Positions 31,906 to 34,563 of a DNA stretch of 34,563 nucleotides are shown in pieces. Within the stretch, counting starts at the first letter, position 1. The number at the start of each line of letters is the position of its first letter. The DNA comes from Patescibacteria group bacterium. Its GTDB lineage: Bacteria; Patescibacteriota; Microgenomatia; UBA8517. The translations under genes were made by a program, and so were the position numbers. The notes below the pieces were generated by a model, which worked only from the letters and a program-made list of their open reading frames with translations, ran no database searches and had not been told where the DNA came from. The DNA lies in assembly GCA_018826545.1 (NCBI GenBank), contig JAHKAL010000050.1, positions 1 through 34,563 on the forward strand, in the 5' to 3' direction.

Positions 31906-33654
31906 TTATTCCTGTGCAACTCTTAAAATTTCTTCAATAGTTGTTGCTCCTTCTAAAACTTTTAAATAACCATCTTGCTTTAAACTGATCATTCCTTCTT
32001 CTCTTGCCTGTTTTTCAATATCACTTGCAGCGGATCTAGAAAGAATAAGTTTTGAAATTTTTTCTGTCACAGGCAAAGCTTCAAAAATACCTACTCTTCC
32101 ATAATAACCCGAATTACCACATTCCTGACATCCTTTTCCTCTATAAAATAGTATTTGTTTTCCTTCTGGCCACAAATTTCCTAAAGTTGCTTTAATTTCT
32201 TCAATAACTTTTGGATCAGGTTGATAACTCTCTTTACAACCTTCATGGATTTTTCTTACAACTCTTTGAGCAGCAATTGCCGTCATTGAGGAAGCTAAAA
32301 GATATGGTTCTGCACCCATATCAAGAAGTCTGGGAAGAGCTCCTGATGCATCGTTGGTATGAAGTGTTGAAAAAACTAAATGTCCAGTAAGAGAAGCTTG
32401 CACCGCCAAATCAGCAGTTTCCTGATCTCTAATTTCACCAACCAGAATAATATTTGGATCTTGTCTTAAAAAGGATTTTAAACCTGAGGCAAAAGTAAGA
32501 CCTGCTGCAGGATTTACTTGAACTTGATTAACCCCTTGGATTTTATACTCAATAGGATCCTCCAATGTAACTATATTTACTTTAGCAGTATTTATCTTTG
32601 AAATAATCGAATAAAGAGTTGTTGTTTTACCTGAACCTGTAGGTCCACAAATAAGAATAATTCCATGAGGTCTTAAAATCGCCTCCTCTAGGGTTTTGAG
32701 CCCCTGACCTCTAAGCCCAAGTTCGGGAAGATCTGGAACCCCACCTGTTTTTTTTAATAGCCTCATTACGATTTTTTCTCCCCATGTGGTTGGAAGTGAG
32801 GAAACACGAAGATCAACGTCTTCATCCGCCCCTTTGAAATTAAATCTTCCGTCTTGAGGAATCCTTTTTTCAGAAATATTCATTCCTCCCAAGATTTTTA
32901 TCCTTGAAATTAATGCATCATGAAGTTCTTTAGGAATAGTTAGCTTTTCTTGCAAAATCCCATCAATTCTATAACGAACTCTTGTTGATTTTTCCTCAGG
33001 TTCAATGTGAACATCGCTAGCTCTCGCCCTAACCGCAAATTCCAAAATATGACTTACTATTTCAGCAATTTTTTCTTCTCTTATAAAACCTGTTTTTGAA
33101 CCATTTAAAGTTTTAATTCTATCCTTGTCAGTTGACACATCTTTTAGGGCACTTGTTACTTCTTTAGATAAAGAAGTAGAATATTTTGTAGAAATTAAGT
33201 CTTCAATTTTTGAAAGTGAAGAAATATTTGCCTTTACCCTTAATCCTGTTTTTTGTTCAATAAATTCAATTGCGGTTAAATTCATTGGATCAGCCATCGC
33301 AATGACAATCTGACCTAGTTTTTTATCAATTGAAACTGGAAATACTTTGAACTTTTCAGCAACTTCTTGGGAAAGAGTTGCCATTGCCTCTGGTGAAACT
33401 GGAAAAGTATCTAAACTAAAGTAATCAATATTATAAAGTTTTGCTTTTGCCTTAACTAAATCTTCTTCAGATACAATATTTAGTTTTTTTAATAATTCCT
33501 CTTGTGAAGTACCTTGTTGAATTTCTGTTAATTTAACTTCTTCTGCTTTTTTTTGATCCAAAACCCCAAATGAAACCAAAATATCAGCAAGTGAATTTAA
33601 TTCATTTACTGAACTATTAACATTCCCAGCAGGCTGAGCAGGCATATAGTTCAT
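31906..33654 (-). CDS. pilB: Type IV pilus assembly ATPase PilB (GspE family)
   Basis: It has an N-terminal T2SSE_N-like domain. Motifs include Walker A GPTGSGKTT, TLEDPIEY and GHLVFSTLHTNDA. A Cys cluster is present (C...GCQECGNSGY). Confidence 0.9.
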   Translation of the reverse strand: MNYMPAQPAGNVNSSVNELNSLADILVSFGVLDQKKAEEVKLTEIQQGTSQEELLKKLNIVSEEDLVKAKAKLYNIDYFSLDTFPVSPEAMATLSQEVAEKFKVFPVSIDKKLGQIVIAMADPMNLTAIEFIEQKTGLRVKANISSLSKIEDLISTKYSTSLSKEVTSALKDVSTDKDRIKTLNGSKTGFIREEKIAEIVSHILEFAVRARASDVHIEPEEKSTRVRYRIDGILQEKLTIPKELHDALISRIKILGGMNISEKRIPQDGRFNFKGADEDVDLRVSSLPTTWGEKIVMRLLKKTGGVPDLPELGLRGQGLKTLEEAILRPHGIILICGPTGSGKTTTLYSIISKINTAKVNIVTLEDPIEYKIQGVNQVQVNPAAGLTFASGLKSFLRQDPNIILVGEIRDQETADLAVQASLTGHLVFSTLHTNDASGALPRLLDMGAEPYLLASSMTAIAAQRVVRKIHEGCKESYQPDPKVIEEIKATLGNLWPEGKQILFYRGKGCQECGNSGYYGRVGIFEALPVTEKISKLILSRSAASDIEKQAREEGMISLKQDGYLKVLEGATTIEEILRVAQE

Positions 33655-33697
33655 TATGAACTAATTAAGTTTTTCTAGCAAGTATCCTAAAATAATT

Positions 33698-34561
33698 TTA
33701 ATCTAATTTAGTTTGAAGATTCCAAAATTTCCTGTAAAGACCTTCTTTTTTATTAAGTAGGGTAGTGTGGGATCCTTCTTCAATAATTTTTCCCTGATCC
33801 AATACTATAATTCTATCTGCTCTCATTGCAGTTGAGAGTCTGTGGGCAATTATAATTGTGGTTTTCCCTTCCGATACTTTCCAAAATGAATCTTGAATAT
33901 ATTTTTCACTTTCTGAATCAAGCTGGCTTGTTGCCTCATCAAAAATAATAATATCGGGATTTGACACTATCATTCTGGCAATTGCTAAACGCTGCTTTTG
34001 TCCACCAGAGAGTTTTACCCCGCGCTCTCCAACCAAAGTTTTATATCCATTGGGAAGCTTTTTTATAAAAGAATCAATATGTGCAAGTTTTGAGGCATTT
34101 TCAATTTCTTTTTGAGAAACATTAATTTTTGGATAACCTATGTTATAAGAAATTGTATTATTAAAAAGAATTGGCTCTTGAGGAACAACTCCCATAAAAT
34201 TCCTAAGTTGTGATTTAGTGAACTTTTTTATATCTATTCCGTCAATATAAATTGTTCCCTTTTCAGGATCATAAAATCTCATTAAAAGTTTTATTAAAGT
34301 TGTTTTACCTGCACCTGATCTGCCTACTAGTGCAACTGACTCTCCTTTTTTAATTTTAAGACTAAGGCTTCTTAATGCATTCTGTTGACCTTCTTTATAT
34401 GAATAACTGATATTGGCAAAATCAACATCTCCTTTTACTTTTCTTTTTTTAATTGGATTTTCTGGATCTTTTACCTCAATAGGGTAATTAAATATTGAAA
34501 AATATTTTTCAATATCCGTAAATCCTTTAGCAATATCTCTTATACCCCAAATAAGATTATC
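33698..34561 (-). CDS. ABC exporter ATP-binding domain, ABCB/MsbA-like (partial; 5' end beyond the window)
   Basis: The frame stays open upstream of the track's M at 34282 to the window edge. Motifs are Walker A GRSGAGKTT, signature LSGGQKQRLAIAR, Walker B IIIFDEATS and H-loop IAHRLST. Confidence 0.85.
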   Translation of the reverse strand, partial: DNLIWGIRDIAKGFTDIEKYFSIFNYPIEVKDPENPIKKRKVKGDVDFANISYSYKEGQQNALRSLSLKIKKGESVALVGRSGAGKTTLIKLLMRFYDPEKGTIYIDGIDIKKFTKSQLRNFMGVVPQEPILFNNTISYNIGYPKINVSQKEIENASKLAHIDSFIKKLPNGYKTLVGERGVKLSGGQKQRLAIARMIVSNPDIIIFDEATSQLDSESEKYIQDSFWKVSEGKTTIIIAHRLSTAMRADRIIVLDQGKIIEEGSHTTLLNKKEGLYRKFWNLQTKLD

Positions 34562-34563
34562 AA

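Noticed and set aside
31450-31926. 158-aa + strand ORF antisense to pilT
   Set aside because: It is long, but it lies entirely within the well-supported pilT gene. It has no start context or recognisable motifs, and shadow ORFs opposite conserved ATPase genes are common.
1-34563. CRISPR arrays, rRNA genes, transposases/integrases, prophage or defence-island content
   Set aside because: None were seen. There are no regularly spaced direct repeats, no recombinase-like ORFs and no long unexplained accessory ORFs. The only accessory-like block is the pilus locus.

Overview
This is a visibly AT-rich (roughly one-third G+C by eye), tightly packed bacterial window. No rRNA genes, CRISPR arrays, transposases or integrases were seen. 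Bases 1-20107 are almost entirely housekeeping and mostly on the + strand: tig (partial), a BCAT-like aminotransferase, tRNA-Val and tRNA-Ala, typA, the E. coli-like block thrS-infC-rpmI-rplT-pheS-pheT, a class A PBP, tyrS, recG, rpmF-nusB, an ACP-like gene, rnc, rpsP and a KH protein. Bases 20111-33654 are one minus-strand type IV pilus (T4P) super-locus: pilB-pilT-pilC, a pilin, pilD, seven tandem pilin paralogues, four minor-pilin-like genes and pilM-pilN-pilO. No secretin is present in the window. A partial ABC exporter ends the window. Domain-reduced aaRS genes, tRNAs without encoded CCA, many overlapping genes and the pilin expansion suggest a reduced CPR/Patescibacteria-like genome. That assignment is inference only. 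The most interesting signals are regulatory. One is a Phe-rich 13-codon leader peptide with a textbook four-segment attenuator in front of pheST. Another is a T-box-like element with an exact UGGAACC bulge upstream of thrS. A third is a recurring set of promoter -10 boxes placed 7-9 nt from SD-less start codons, which suggests leaderless mRNAs. Within the pilus locus, a pilin paralogue lacking the prepilin cleavage motif and a modular Cys-rich pilin stand out. All calls come from reading the sequence and ORF track; no searches were run.
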